A stretch of DNA of 64,000 bases from NCBI GenBank assembly GCA_965206845.1, contig OZ242221.1:544001-608000 (forward strand), given 5' to 3'. Of this stretch, positions 9,292-18,079 are shown piece after piece. Under the pieces are notes generated by a model that saw nothing but the letters and a program-made list of their open reading frames with translations, ran no database searches and was not told where the DNA came from. The position numbers and the translations under genes are program-made. Every line of letters begins with the position of its first letter. Position 1 is the stretch's first letter. The stretch comes from Cenarchaeum sp. (GTDB lineage Archaea; Thermoproteota; Nitrososphaeria; Nitrososphaerales; Nitrosopumilaceae).

Positions 9292-9603
9292 TCACTCTTC
9301 TTCAGACTCGTTGATTATGGATGTTATGCTGTTTTCAGCTAGTGAGTTAAATGATACGGTAGATACACGAAACTGCCGTCCGCACAGCCGTCCCAATGCC
9401 ATCGAGGTGCCCGCAAACTTGAGTGTCCGCACCTCATGCGCCTTTGCTGCCTCCTCAAGCCGGATCATGGACGAGGTAGGCACCGATCTGGAGAGCACCA
9501 CCAGCTTCGAGTCGACCATGGTTCCCAGCACCTGCTTTGCGCCCAGAACGCACCGGTTCTCCTTGATCTCGTCACGAAGCGTCTTTTGTAGCAGTTTGTT
9601 CAT
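9292..9603 (-). CDS. rpl30e: 50S ribosomal protein eL30 (L7Ae/L30e family)
   Basis: Motif FAGTSMALGRLCGRQFRVS. Canonical position between rpoA and nusA. Confidence 0.9.
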   Translation of the reverse strand: MNKLLQKTLRDEIKENRCVLGAKQVLGTMVDSKLVVLSRSVPTSSMIRLEEAAKAHEVRTLKFAGTSMALGRLCGRQFRVSTVSFNSLAENSITSIINESEEE

Positions 9604-9765
9604 GTCTGTAGGCTTGATCTCACCGCAGGGGCTTTATAACATTATTGAAGACCAAAAGGATCCGGTCAAAGGCCACAACGGGTGCCATGTCCCACGAATT
9701 GCACAGGCATGATATGCTCAACGTTTTGGTTTGTGTTTACTAAATTAAACATGCGCAACTAAGAG

Positions 9766-10206
9766 ATGCACCATGGATCCGATCCCATGAGCCTGTCTGA
9801 GTTCATGAGCAGGATAGATGACAACCCCTACTACCCTGTGGATCTGGCAGACTATCCCGGCATGTTTGACTTTAGAATTACGCAAAACGGCATGGTTTAC
9901 CTTGAGCGACTCAGGGAGGAGCTGGAGTCGGGCTCAGAGTTTTCCGATGCAAAGTGTCTCTACATGGGCATCCTCTACCTTGGATGCGCGGTTGCCACGA
10001 GGAGCCCCAAGGAGTGCAAGGGGTGGCAGGTGTACATGTTTCTGGTGGGAAAGACAACAGACATGTACACGCCGGAGATCAAGGCTGATCTTATGCAGAT
10101 GGGCTGCATTGAAGACAACCCGGAGTACAACCCAAAGCTGTACAAGCGGCACCTTATCTGGAAGATGAAGGCGTTCACGTCCACCGGCTGCGGCGGGCCA
10201 TGGTAG
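9766..10206 (+). CDS. Hypothetical protein
   Basis: 146-aa ORF with gene-like codon usage and an AT-rich promoter upstream. Lies opposite to the flanking cluster. Confidence 0.7.
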   Translation: MHHGSDPMSLSEFMSRIDDNPYYPVDLADYPGMFDFRITQNGMVYLERLREELESGSEFSDAKCLYMGILYLGCAVATRSPKECKGWQVYMFLVGKTTDMYTPEIKADLMQMGCIEDNPEYNPKLYKRHLIWKMKAFTSTGCGGPW

Positions 10207-10289
10207 AAGAAGAGCCGTAGCTTGCGCAGAGAAGCCTTTTGCTGCAGTCGATATACCGAACTAACTCTTCTTGCAACAGATGTCTTGTG

Positions 10290-10430
10290 CTAGATTCCGC
10301 TCTCTTCGTCTGGAGCCTGGACGGAGTCCGTCTGGGTCTCTGCGGAATCTGTCTGGACTTCTGTGGAACCAGGCGCATCCGTGGAGTCGGCCTGGGCATC
10401 TGCGGAATCGTCTCGGGCTCCCGCGGACTC
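10290..10430 (-). repeat. Degenerate 21-bp (heptad) tandem repeat encoding the Rpo1 C-terminal tail
   Basis: Protein units ESAGARD/DSADAQA/DSTDAPG/-STEVQT/DSAETQT/DSVQAPD. Every unit has a TCC Ser codon, preceded by a GAN codon in five of six. Confidence 0.75.
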
Positions 10431-13400
10431 CATGTACAGATCCACGGTTCCGCTTCCGATGGGTATGTTGCTTCCCACTATGACGTTCTCCGTCACGCCC
10501 TTAAGCTGCTCCACCTCGCCGCCTAGCGCCGCGCGGGCTATGGTGGGAACTGTAATCTCAAAGGCTGCCCGGGCAAGCACACTGTCCTTGGTTCCTGCCA
10601 CACCGTGACGGCCTATCTGCTGCATCTTTCCTTGGGAGCACATCAAGTCTGCCACCAGCATGATGTACCGAACATCCACCTCCAGACCCTGATCCTCCAA
10701 GGTGGACTTGATCTCGTTTATCAGGGCGCTGCGGGCGGCCTCGATTCCCAGCGTGCCTGCAATCTCAAACACATTATTGGTTCTGACGTTCTTGACGTCT
10801 ATGCCCTTGACCCCCAGCACCTTGGCTAGGTTGGAGCCCGTGGTCTGGATCACCCACTCGTTGTTCTTCTGGATCAGGGTGACCCGCTCTATGTCGGGGA
10901 CGCCCTTGACAATGGCGTTGAGAACCTTGTTCCTGGTAGCTATTATGGTCGGCGCGTCAAGCTCATCTACCAGGTTCAGCACCAGCTGGTCCCGGTTCTT
11001 CTCTATCTTGAACTTTTTGTTGGACGACAGCGCATTCTTGACGTCATCTATGGTGCAGCCGCGATCCCTCATCTTTTTGTAGTCCAGGTTCAGCGCTATG
11101 TGCGAGGCGTAGTCAGTGGGGCTGTCTATAACCAGCTGGCCCACCTTTGTCTTGAGCACGTTCCTTGCTATGTCGATTGCCCTTTCGCGGGATCCTTTTG
11201 AGTCCTGGTCCAGATAGATGTCCATGGTGGGCGTAACGGGCTTTTTGCGCGCATCCACCAGTTCGATGAGCCTCGGAAGTCCCAGGGTGACGTTTCTCTC
11301 CCTGATTCCCGCAAAGTGAAATGTCCTCAGGGTCATCTGTGTTCCGGGCTCGCCTATGGACTGGGCGGTAACGATGCCCACGGCCTGTCCTGGCTCCACC
11401 TGTGCCTTGTTGTACAGGTCCAGCCCCTTCCTGCATACCTTCTCGGCACCCTCCACACTGAGAGACGACTCGTGCAGCCCGGCAGTCACCATCTGCCGTA
11501 GCCTTGGGTTGAACGTTCTCGTGTACTTTTGTGCCAGCGCCTCCATCTCTTCTGTGGTGGCCTCGTCGTCCGTATCCACTATGGTCTCAGAGTCTATGAG
11601 CCTGTGTATGTTGAATGCCTCGCCGTGATCGCTCTTTGCCACGTCTATGCCGTCTTCGCCGTACAAGAACTGTATGATGTGGCCGTGGGGATCCCGCACG
11701 GTGCCGTCGTACTCGAGCCGGATGTGTTCCAGAGCGTTGATAAGCCGGCGCTGCATGTATCCGCTCTGCTGCGTTCTCACCGCGGTGTCCACAAGGCCCT
11801 CCCGGCCTGCCATTGCGTGAAAGAAGAACTCAAGTGTGGAGAGGCCGTCGCGGTAGTTGGACTTGACGAATCCGTGGGCATCCGGGTTGCGGTCGTTCTC
11901 CTCAAAGTGCGGTAGGGCGCGGTTGTTGTACCCCTTGAGGAGACGCTGTCCACGGCGGGACTGCTGTCCCAGCGAGCCTGCCATCTGGCCGATGTTCAGT
12001 GCGGAGCCGCGGGCGCCGGTGGTCGCCATTATCTTGGCGGGGTTGTTGTCGTCAAAGGAGTGATCGGCGATCGAGCCTGCATTGTCTCTGGCCTTTGAGA
12101 GCTCGTTTACTATGTAGGCCTCCAGCGCCTCGTCCTTGGAGAGGCCACGGGTGAGCTTTAGCGTGCCGTCTTCTGCCTCTTGCGCATAGTCGGCCACCAC
12201 ATCGTAGGAGTGCTGTATGTTGTTGAATATCTCCTGGCGCGTTGGGTCGGAGAGCTCCAGATCGCCGTATCCGTAGCTGAACCCGTAGTGCGTGATGAAC
12301 TGCTTTGCGATTATAAGTACGGAGTTGAGGAATGTCTTTGCCTGCGCGTTGCCGTAGTCCTTTGCTATGCGGTGCAGGACGCTCTCAGGCTCCTCTGCGC
12401 CTATGGAGGACTTGTCTATTACACCTCTGAGGAGTTTGCCGTTTTTTATCACCACATCCTTGTCCTTGCCCTTTGTACCCTTTGACCACTTGGAGGTCAT
12501 GATGTAGTTAAAGTCCCCTGGAAGGAACAGCGAGAAGAGCTGCTTGCCCGTATACTCACCGCGGCTTGCGGGCTCCGGAAGCTTTCCATTGTATCCTCCA
12601 AGCATTGCAAGGTTTGCAAACTCCTGCGAGGTCAGCGTGGTTCCGTCACGGGTAAGAAGGTACGCCCCGGTCACAAAGTCCCGAAGTCCGCCGATTATCG
12701 GGCCGCCGTATCTGGGAGATATCAGCTGATCCTGCACCCTCATCAGGAGGATGGCCTCGGCCCTGGCCTCCTCGCTCTGGGGAACGTGGAGGTTCATCTC
12801 GTCGCCGTCAAAGTCTGCGTTGTATGGCGGGCAGACGGCCGGATGCAGCCGGAACGTCTTGCCCGGCAGCACCCTGACATAGTGCGCCATTATGGACATC
12901 TGGTGCAGTGATGGCTGCCTGTTGAACAATACGATATCTCCGTCCAAGAGGTGCCTCTCAACCAGGTAGCCGGTCTCCAAGGTCTCGGCTATGGCTGACC
13001 TGTCCTCAACAAAGTCCAGCCGGATCTTTACGCCGTCACGGCGCACGATATAGTTCACGCCGGGGTACATGCTGGGCCCGTTGAGCACCAAGTTCCGCAT
13101 CCGCTGTATGTTCCACTCGGTCACAACCTCGGGTATTGTAAGCTTCTTTGCCACGGGCACCGGAACGCCCACCTCGGAGAGATCCAGGTTCGGATCCGGC
13201 GAGATTACGGTTCTGCTGGAAAAGTCCACCCTCTTCCCTGAGAGCGAGCCGCGGAACCGCCCCTCCTTGCCCTTGAGCCTCTGCGTCAGTGTCTTCAGCG
13301 GCCTGCCCGAGCGGTGGTGCGCCTGCGGTATGCCAGACACCTCGTTGTCAAAGTATGTGGTAGTGTGGTACTGCAGAAGGTCCACCAGATCCTGAACTAT

Positions 13401-14189
13401 GAGCGGCGGGGTGCCGGACTCCTTACTCTCCTTGAGCCTCTGGTTTACCCGAATTATATCGACTATCTTGTGCGTCAGATCGTCCTCGGAGCGGATGCCC
13501 GTCTCCAGTATTATGGAGGGGCGCACGGTTACCGGGGGCACCGGCAGAACCTGCAGTATGAACCACTCTGGCCTGGCGGTGGCAGGATCGTACCCCAGCA
13601 GCACCAGGTCCTCGTTGATTATCTGCGCAAACCGCCCGCGGAGCGTAATTGGAAGCAGCCTGTGTTCGCCCAGCTCGGTCTTCTCGGAGAAGGACGTGGG
13701 CTTGGTAAATATGAGATCGTACTGGATCTTGCCGCAGTGCGGGCATTCCTTTGCCTTTCGTGCCTTGTCAATTATCGCGTCGGGTATCTTCTTCTGGGAG
13801 ATTACCGTGTACGCCGCCTTTTTGTTGCGGATAACGTCAAACTGCTCCAGGTCAGCCTGTGGCACCTTGAGGCGGGAGCACGATCTGCAGGTGGATATCA
13901 GCAGCTTGTAGATGTTGTCAATGAACGCAATGTGCAGCACGGGCTCTGCCAGCTCAATGTGCCCAAAGTGTCCCGGGCACCTAGCCGCCGTATTCCCGCA
14001 GGTCAGGCACTTCTGGCCCGGCTCCAGCGTGCCCAGCCTGCCGTCCATGAGACCGCCCTGCACGGGCATGCCGTCCTCGTCGTAGGTTTCCGGTGCGGTA
14101 ATCTCTGCCACGGAGTATTTTCGGATCTCGTTTGGGGACCAGACGGAGAACCGGATGGAGCTTATCGATTTTATTACCTGGTACGACAT
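10290..14189 (-). CDS. rpoA1: DNA-directed RNA polymerase largest subunit, unsplit A'+A'' (Rpo1)
   Basis: NADFDGD active site and Zn motifs. The A'' region (GEPGTQMTLRTFH...GVTENVIVG) is in the same ORF. The start MSYQVIK overlaps the rpoB stop. Confidence 0.98.
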   Translation of the reverse strand: MSYQVIKSISSIRFSVWSPNEIRKYSVAEITAPETYDEDGMPVQGGLMDGRLGTLEPGQKCLTCGNTAARCPGHFGHIELAEPVLHIAFIDNIYKLLISTCRSCSRLKVPQADLEQFDVIRNKKAAYTVISQKKIPDAIIDKARKAKECPHCGKIQYDLIFTKPTSFSEKTELGEHRLLPITLRGRFAQIINEDLVLLGYDPATARPEWFILQVLPVPPVTVRPSIILETGIRSEDDLTHKIVDIIRVNQRLKESKESGTPPLIVQDLVDLLQYHTTTYFDNEVSGIPQAHHRSGRPLKTLTQRLKGKEGRFRGSLSGKRVDFSSRTVISPDPNLDLSEVGVPVPVAKKLTIPEVVTEWNIQRMRNLVLNGPSMYPGVNYIVRRDGVKIRLDFVEDRSAIAETLETGYLVERHLLDGDIVLFNRQPSLHQMSIMAHYVRVLPGKTFRLHPAVCPPYNADFDGDEMNLHVPQSEEARAEAILLMRVQDQLISPRYGGPIIGGLRDFVTGAYLLTRDGTTLTSQEFANLAMLGGYNGKLPEPASRGEYTGKQLFSLFLPGDFNYIMTSKWSKGTKGKDKDVVIKNGKLLRGVIDKSSIGAEEPESVLHRIAKDYGNAQAKTFLNSVLIIAKQFITHYGFSYGYGDLELSDPTRQEIFNNIQHSYDVVADYAQEAEDGTLKLTRGLSKDEALEAYIVNELSKARDNAGSIADHSFDDNNPAKIMATTGARGSALNIGQMAGSLGQQSRRGQRLLKGYNNRALPHFEENDRNPDAHGFVKSNYRDGLSTLEFFFHAMAGREGLVDTAVRTQQSGYMQRRLINALEHIRLEYDGTVRDPHGHIIQFLYGEDGIDVAKSDHGEAFNIHRLIDSETIVDTDDEATTEEMEALAQKYTRTFNPRLRQMVTAGLHESSLSVEGAEKVCRKGLDLYNKAQVEPGQAVGIVTAQSIGEPGTQMTLRTFHFAGIRERNVTLGLPRLIELVDARKKPVTPTMDIYLDQDSKGSRERAIDIARNVLKTKVGQLVIDSPTDYASHIALNLDYKKMRDRGCTIDDVKNALSSNKKFKIEKNRDQLVLNLVDELDAPTIIATRNKVLNAIVKGVPDIERVTLIQKNNEWVIQTTGSNLAKVLGVKGIDVKNVRTNNVFEIAGTLGIEAARSALINEIKSTLEDQGLEVDVRYIMLVADLMCSQGKMQQIGRHGVAGTKDSVLARAAFEITVPTIARAALGGEVEQLKGVTENVIVGSNIPIGSGTVDLYMESAGARDDSADAQADSTDAPGSTEVQTDSAETQTDSVQAPDEESGI

Positions 14190-17100
14190 TATACCTTCTC
14201 CTTTATCAGCAGGCGCGGGGCCACGTTGAGGCTCTGCATCTCCTGTAGAAGCAGCTTGAACGCATAGGCCACAGATACAGATGACACCTTGGCCTTGTCT
14301 CCGCATATGCGGCACAGGTATCTCCGCTGCTTGATGTCGTGGTATGCCACTAGGCCGCAGCGTTCACACACAAATATCTCGGACCTGTCAGACTCGTCAA
14401 GCAGCCTGTCCTTGAGGATCATGGATGCGCCGTAAGCGATGAGGCAGTCACGCTCCATCTCGCCGAAGCGAAGGCCTCCGCCCCGGGCGCGGCCCTCCGT
14501 GGGCTGCTTGGTAAGCATCTGGACCTGGCCGCGGGCCCTTGCGTGAATCTTGTCAGCTACCATGTGGTGGAGCTTCTGGTAGTAGACCACGCCGATAAAG
14601 ATATCCACCGGGAATGGCAGGCCAGTACGGCCGTCGTACATGGTCTCCTTGCCGGAGTACTTGAATCCGTAGGTGCTCATGGCCTCCTTTACCTCGTCCA
14701 TCTTCTCGCCCACAAACGCAGAGCCGTCAAACTTTCTGCCCCGCAGGGCAGCTGCCTTGCCGGTAACAGACTCCATGAACATTCCCACCGTCATTCTGGA
14801 GGGAAACGCATGCGGGTTAATGAGCACGTCCGGCGAGACGCCCTCGGCCGTGTACGGCAGGTCCTCGCTGTCTGCCAGGATTCCCAGAACGCCCTTCTGG
14901 CCGTGCCGCGATGCGAACTTGTCGCCGATCTCCGGCACTCTCATGTCCCTTACTCTGATCTTGTACATCTTGCCTCCCTCGCTTGACTGTGTCATCACGA
15001 CCGTGTCCACCACGCCGGTCTCAGACGGCCTGACTCCGATGGATGTGTCGCGCCTTGAGGGCCCGCTGCCGGTCTCAAACTCACGGTACTCCTCTACGAA
15101 CCTCGGGGGGCTGGTCTTGCCGATCAGAATCTCGCCTCCTGTAACCTTGGCCTCGGCAGCAATCACGCCGTCGTCCTCCAGCTGGCCGTATGCCTTCTCT
15201 CCCTTGTAGCCGCGTATGTTGTCCTCTGCGTTTGGTATCTCAAACGAGTCCCGCATTCCGCCGGGGTACTGCTTTGCCTCCGCGTCATAAATCCGGTAGA
15301 AGAACGTCCTGGCCAGACCGCGCTCCACTGATGCCCTGCTGAGGACTATGGCGTCCTCGATGTTGTAACCGTCAAATGGGAGCACTGCCACCACACAGTT
15401 CTGGCCTGCGGGCCTGTCCTCCAGACCCAGCAGGTTCATTGCCTTTGTGGTCACGATGGGAGTCTGCGGGTACAGCATAAAGTGCTGGCGCACGTACGTG
15501 CTGGTGTTCATCGTGGGTGTGGAGAATCCCAGGCTCTGCTTTGCCATGGCAGACTCGTAGGTGTTTCTAGGCGACTGGTTGTGCTCCGGGTACGGGATGA
15601 TGGAGGCTCCGGCACCCAGGATTGCAGGCGTGAATATTTCAAGGTGTGTGTGGTTTTGGATATCAGAATCGTCTATGGCGATGTAACAGTTCTCCTCCTC
15701 GTTGGCATCGATGAGCTCGATCATTCCCATCTTCAGCAGGTCAAGCCACGAGAGAGTCCGGGCGCTGATCTTTTTTAGCGCCGTCGATGTGACCAGCGGC
15801 TTGCCGTCACGCACTATGATAAGGGGCCGCAGCACGCGTCCCGCGTTGCAGTTTACGTACATTCGCTTTGTAGCGCCGTCCACCTCGGGCTTCTGGAAGG
15901 CAACCCCCACATGCGCATGTATCTTGGAGTTTCTCCTCAGGTTCCGCAGCTCGTCGGCCAGACCCTCGCCGTCCTTGTAGTACCCGATGAGCCTTCCGTC
16001 CACGAACACCCGGGTTCCCTCCCGCTTGAGATCGTCGGTGGTCTCGGCAAACGTAGCGGTGCCCATGTCATAGAGCCTCTCGATGATCTCCTCGGACGGC
16101 ACGTTGACAGATATTATGGCAGACAGCGCCAAGTTCTTTACCAGACCGCAGTTGGAGCCCTCCGGTGTCTCGCTGGGGCAGATCCTTCCAAAATGCGTCG
16201 CGTGCAGGTCACGTGCCTCAAAGTTGGGCTGCGTTCTGCTCAGCAGCGACTGGATTCTTCTCAGGTGGCTTATGGTCGAGAGATAGTTGGTCCTGTCAAG
16301 CAGCTGCGTCACGCCGACCCGGCCGCGTCCCCAGTTTCCCGTGGCAATGGCATTGTTCAGCTTGTCAGTCACTATGCCCGGCCGGATGGCAGCGGCAACG
16401 GCGTTGATTCCCCGCTTCTGGCCGGATCTCTCCAGCTGGTACTTCATATCACGTATCAGGTTCTTGAACGCTCCGCGGAACAGCTCCTCCAGCATCTGTC
16501 CTGCAAACTTGATTATCTTGTTGCCGTAGTGATCCTTGTCGTCAGAGGATATCCAGCCAAGTTTCAGCTCCAGCAGCTTGCAGGCGGCCTCGCCCAGAAA
16601 CTGCGCCTTCTCCTTTCTGTTCTCCGGATGCTTGCCCAGGTGCGGCAGTAGGCTCCAGTCCATCACTATCTCGGCGCGCTTGATCTGAAACTCCTCCTGC
16701 ATTCCCGGTGCAAACCTCTTGCTGATGTAGACTATCGCATCCTTGGATGTCTGCACGTCCGCGGTCTTCTCAAAGGAGGGCTCCAGCTCGTTTTGTATCT
16801 CCTCCACCAGCGATACCGCCCCTGCAATGTCCAGATCCGACTCCAGCCCCAGTGCGCGCATCAGGGTGATTACGGGGATGTCAACCGGAGCGCTGGGAAT
16901 CTTTGCCACTATGAGACCGTCATTCTTCATAACCAGCTCCAGCTTGGCCCTGTAGCCCACCACCGAGGAGTATATCTTTGCCTTGAAGACCGGGTTGCCG
17001 CTGACCGTCTCCCGGTCCACCATGATCTTACTGTACGAGAGATCCTCCAGTCCGACTATGACGCGCTCAGAGCCGTTTATGATAAAGTAGCCGCCGGGGT

Positions 17101-17539
17101 CATTGGGATCCTCGCCGTGCTCGACCAGCTTCTTTCGTGGAAAGCTGCGCAGTACGCAGGCGTTGGACTTGATCATTACGGGGATGTCGCCTACATGGAT
17201 GTATCTGGACTCAAGAAACTTGCCGTCCTCCACCACGCTTGCCTCCATCATCACGGGAGCCACATACGATACATTCCGCAGGCGGCTCTCGGCAGGCGTG
17301 GTGTGCGTTATGGAACCGTCAAGCTCCATCATGCGGGGCTCCTGCAGTTTGACCTTTCCCAGCTGTATCTTGTAGGGGTACTCTGTGTTCTCGATCTCGA
17401 TCTGACCCACCTCGTTGGCAGCGTTCTGAAGCCCCTTTACCCGGAACTCGTCAAACGAATTGAGGTGCTGCTTGGCGATTCCGTTCATACGGAGTATATC
17501 CTGTATAATGGGCCAGCGACTGTTCTGTGACGATGACAT
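14189..17539 (-). CDS. rpoB: DNA-directed RNA polymerase subunit B, unsplit (Rpo2)
   Basis: Motifs: GDKFASRHGQKG, GGLRFGEMERD and ETPEG. Confidence 0.99.
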   Translation of the reverse strand: MSSSQNSRWPIIQDILRMNGIAKQHLNSFDEFRVKGLQNAANEVGQIEIENTEYPYKIQLGKVKLQEPRMMELDGSITHTTPAESRLRNVSYVAPVMMEASVVEDGKFLESRYIHVGDIPVMIKSNACVLRSFPRKKLVEHGEDPNDPGGYFIINGSERVIVGLEDLSYSKIMVDRETVSGNPVFKAKIYSSVVGYRAKLELVMKNDGLIVAKIPSAPVDIPVITLMRALGLESDLDIAGAVSLVEEIQNELEPSFEKTADVQTSKDAIVYISKRFAPGMQEEFQIKRAEIVMDWSLLPHLGKHPENRKEKAQFLGEAACKLLELKLGWISSDDKDHYGNKIIKFAGQMLEELFRGAFKNLIRDMKYQLERSGQKRGINAVAAAIRPGIVTDKLNNAIATGNWGRGRVGVTQLLDRTNYLSTISHLRRIQSLLSRTQPNFEARDLHATHFGRICPSETPEGSNCGLVKNLALSAIISVNVPSEEIIERLYDMGTATFAETTDDLKREGTRVFVDGRLIGYYKDGEGLADELRNLRRNSKIHAHVGVAFQKPEVDGATKRMYVNCNAGRVLRPLIIVRDGKPLVTSTALKKISARTLSWLDLLKMGMIELIDANEEENCYIAIDDSDIQNHTHLEIFTPAILGAGASIIPYPEHNQSPRNTYESAMAKQSLGFSTPTMNTSTYVRQHFMLYPQTPIVTTKAMNLLGLEDRPAGQNCVVAVLPFDGYNIEDAIVLSRASVERGLARTFFYRIYDAEAKQYPGGMRDSFEIPNAEDNIRGYKGEKAYGQLEDDGVIAAEAKVTGGEILIGKTSPPRFVEEYREFETGSGPSRRDTSIGVRPSETGVVDTVVMTQSSEGGKMYKIRVRDMRVPEIGDKFASRHGQKGVLGILADSEDLPYTAEGVSPDVLINPHAFPSRMTVGMFMESVTGKAAALRGRKFDGSAFVGEKMDEVKEAMSTYGFKYSGKETMYDGRTGLPFPVDIFIGVVYYQKLHHMVADKIHARARGQVQMLTKQPTEGRARGGGLRFGEMERDCLIAYGASMILKDRLLDESDRSEIFVCERCGLVAYHDIKQRRYLCRICGDKAKVSSVSVAYAFKLLLQEMQSLNVAPRLLIKEKV

Positions 17540-17545
17540 GTCTCC

Positions 17546-17797
17546 CTAATCCTCTACTACATATCGGTAGTAGATGCTGGTGCCAGCGGTGCTGCTCTTT
17601 CTTGTGATCTTTATCAGGTCTCCCGGCTTGACGTCCAAGCCGATAATTGCGGGATCGCTTACCAGTATCAGCGGAAGCTCCGTCGGCTGGCAGTTAAACT
17701 TTGCCAGAATCCCCTGTGTCTGATCCTTGGGCAGGATCTCGTGCTTTGGCACATAGATGTGATCCGGTACCAGGATGGGGTTCTTCTTAACTACCAT
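17546..17797 (-). CDS. rpoH: RNA polymerase subunit H (Rpo5)
   Basis: Motifs: HIYVPKHEIL...LPLILVSDP...GDLIKITRKS.TAG..IYYRYV. Start MVVKK at 17797. Confidence 0.95.
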   Translation of the reverse strand: MVVKKNPILVPDHIYVPKHEILPKDQTQGILAKFNCQPTELPLILVSDPAIIGLDVKPGDLIKITRKSSTAGTSIYYRYVVED

Positions 17798-17891
17798 GAG
17801 ATGGATCCTCGCGCACCATACTAACTGCAGATGAGAATAACATGAACAAACTAGAGTCAAGTCGCAGACGGGTTAATATATATTTAATCGG

Positions 17892-18001
17892 CGAGATTCA
17901 GTACACACTCAGGTCCCGCTCGAACCTAGGCACGGTTTTGCGAGACGCGACGCGGTTTTGTGCCTAGAAGGATCGCCGACCTGAGTACATACGAGATTCA
18001 G
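17892..18001. repeat. ~90-bp hairpin element bounded by a 10-bp direct repeat CGAGATTCAG (possible second MITE)
   Basis: CGAGATTCAG at 17892-17901 and 17992-18001. Inverted repeats ACTCAGGTC/GACCTGAGT and CTAGGCAC/GTGCCTAG lie between them. Confidence 0.7.
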
Positions 18002-18079
18002 CCTGGATCTCCGCACCCGGCCACGCCTGCGCCAAGGTTCCGTGTAGCGATTCGGGCCTGGCGCAGGAAACCGCCGGGA

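Noticed and set aside
10290-17539. Numerous long antisense ORFs over rpoA/rpoB and other genes
   Set aside because: These are shadow ORFs expected from GC-rich codon usage, with no recognisable motifs.
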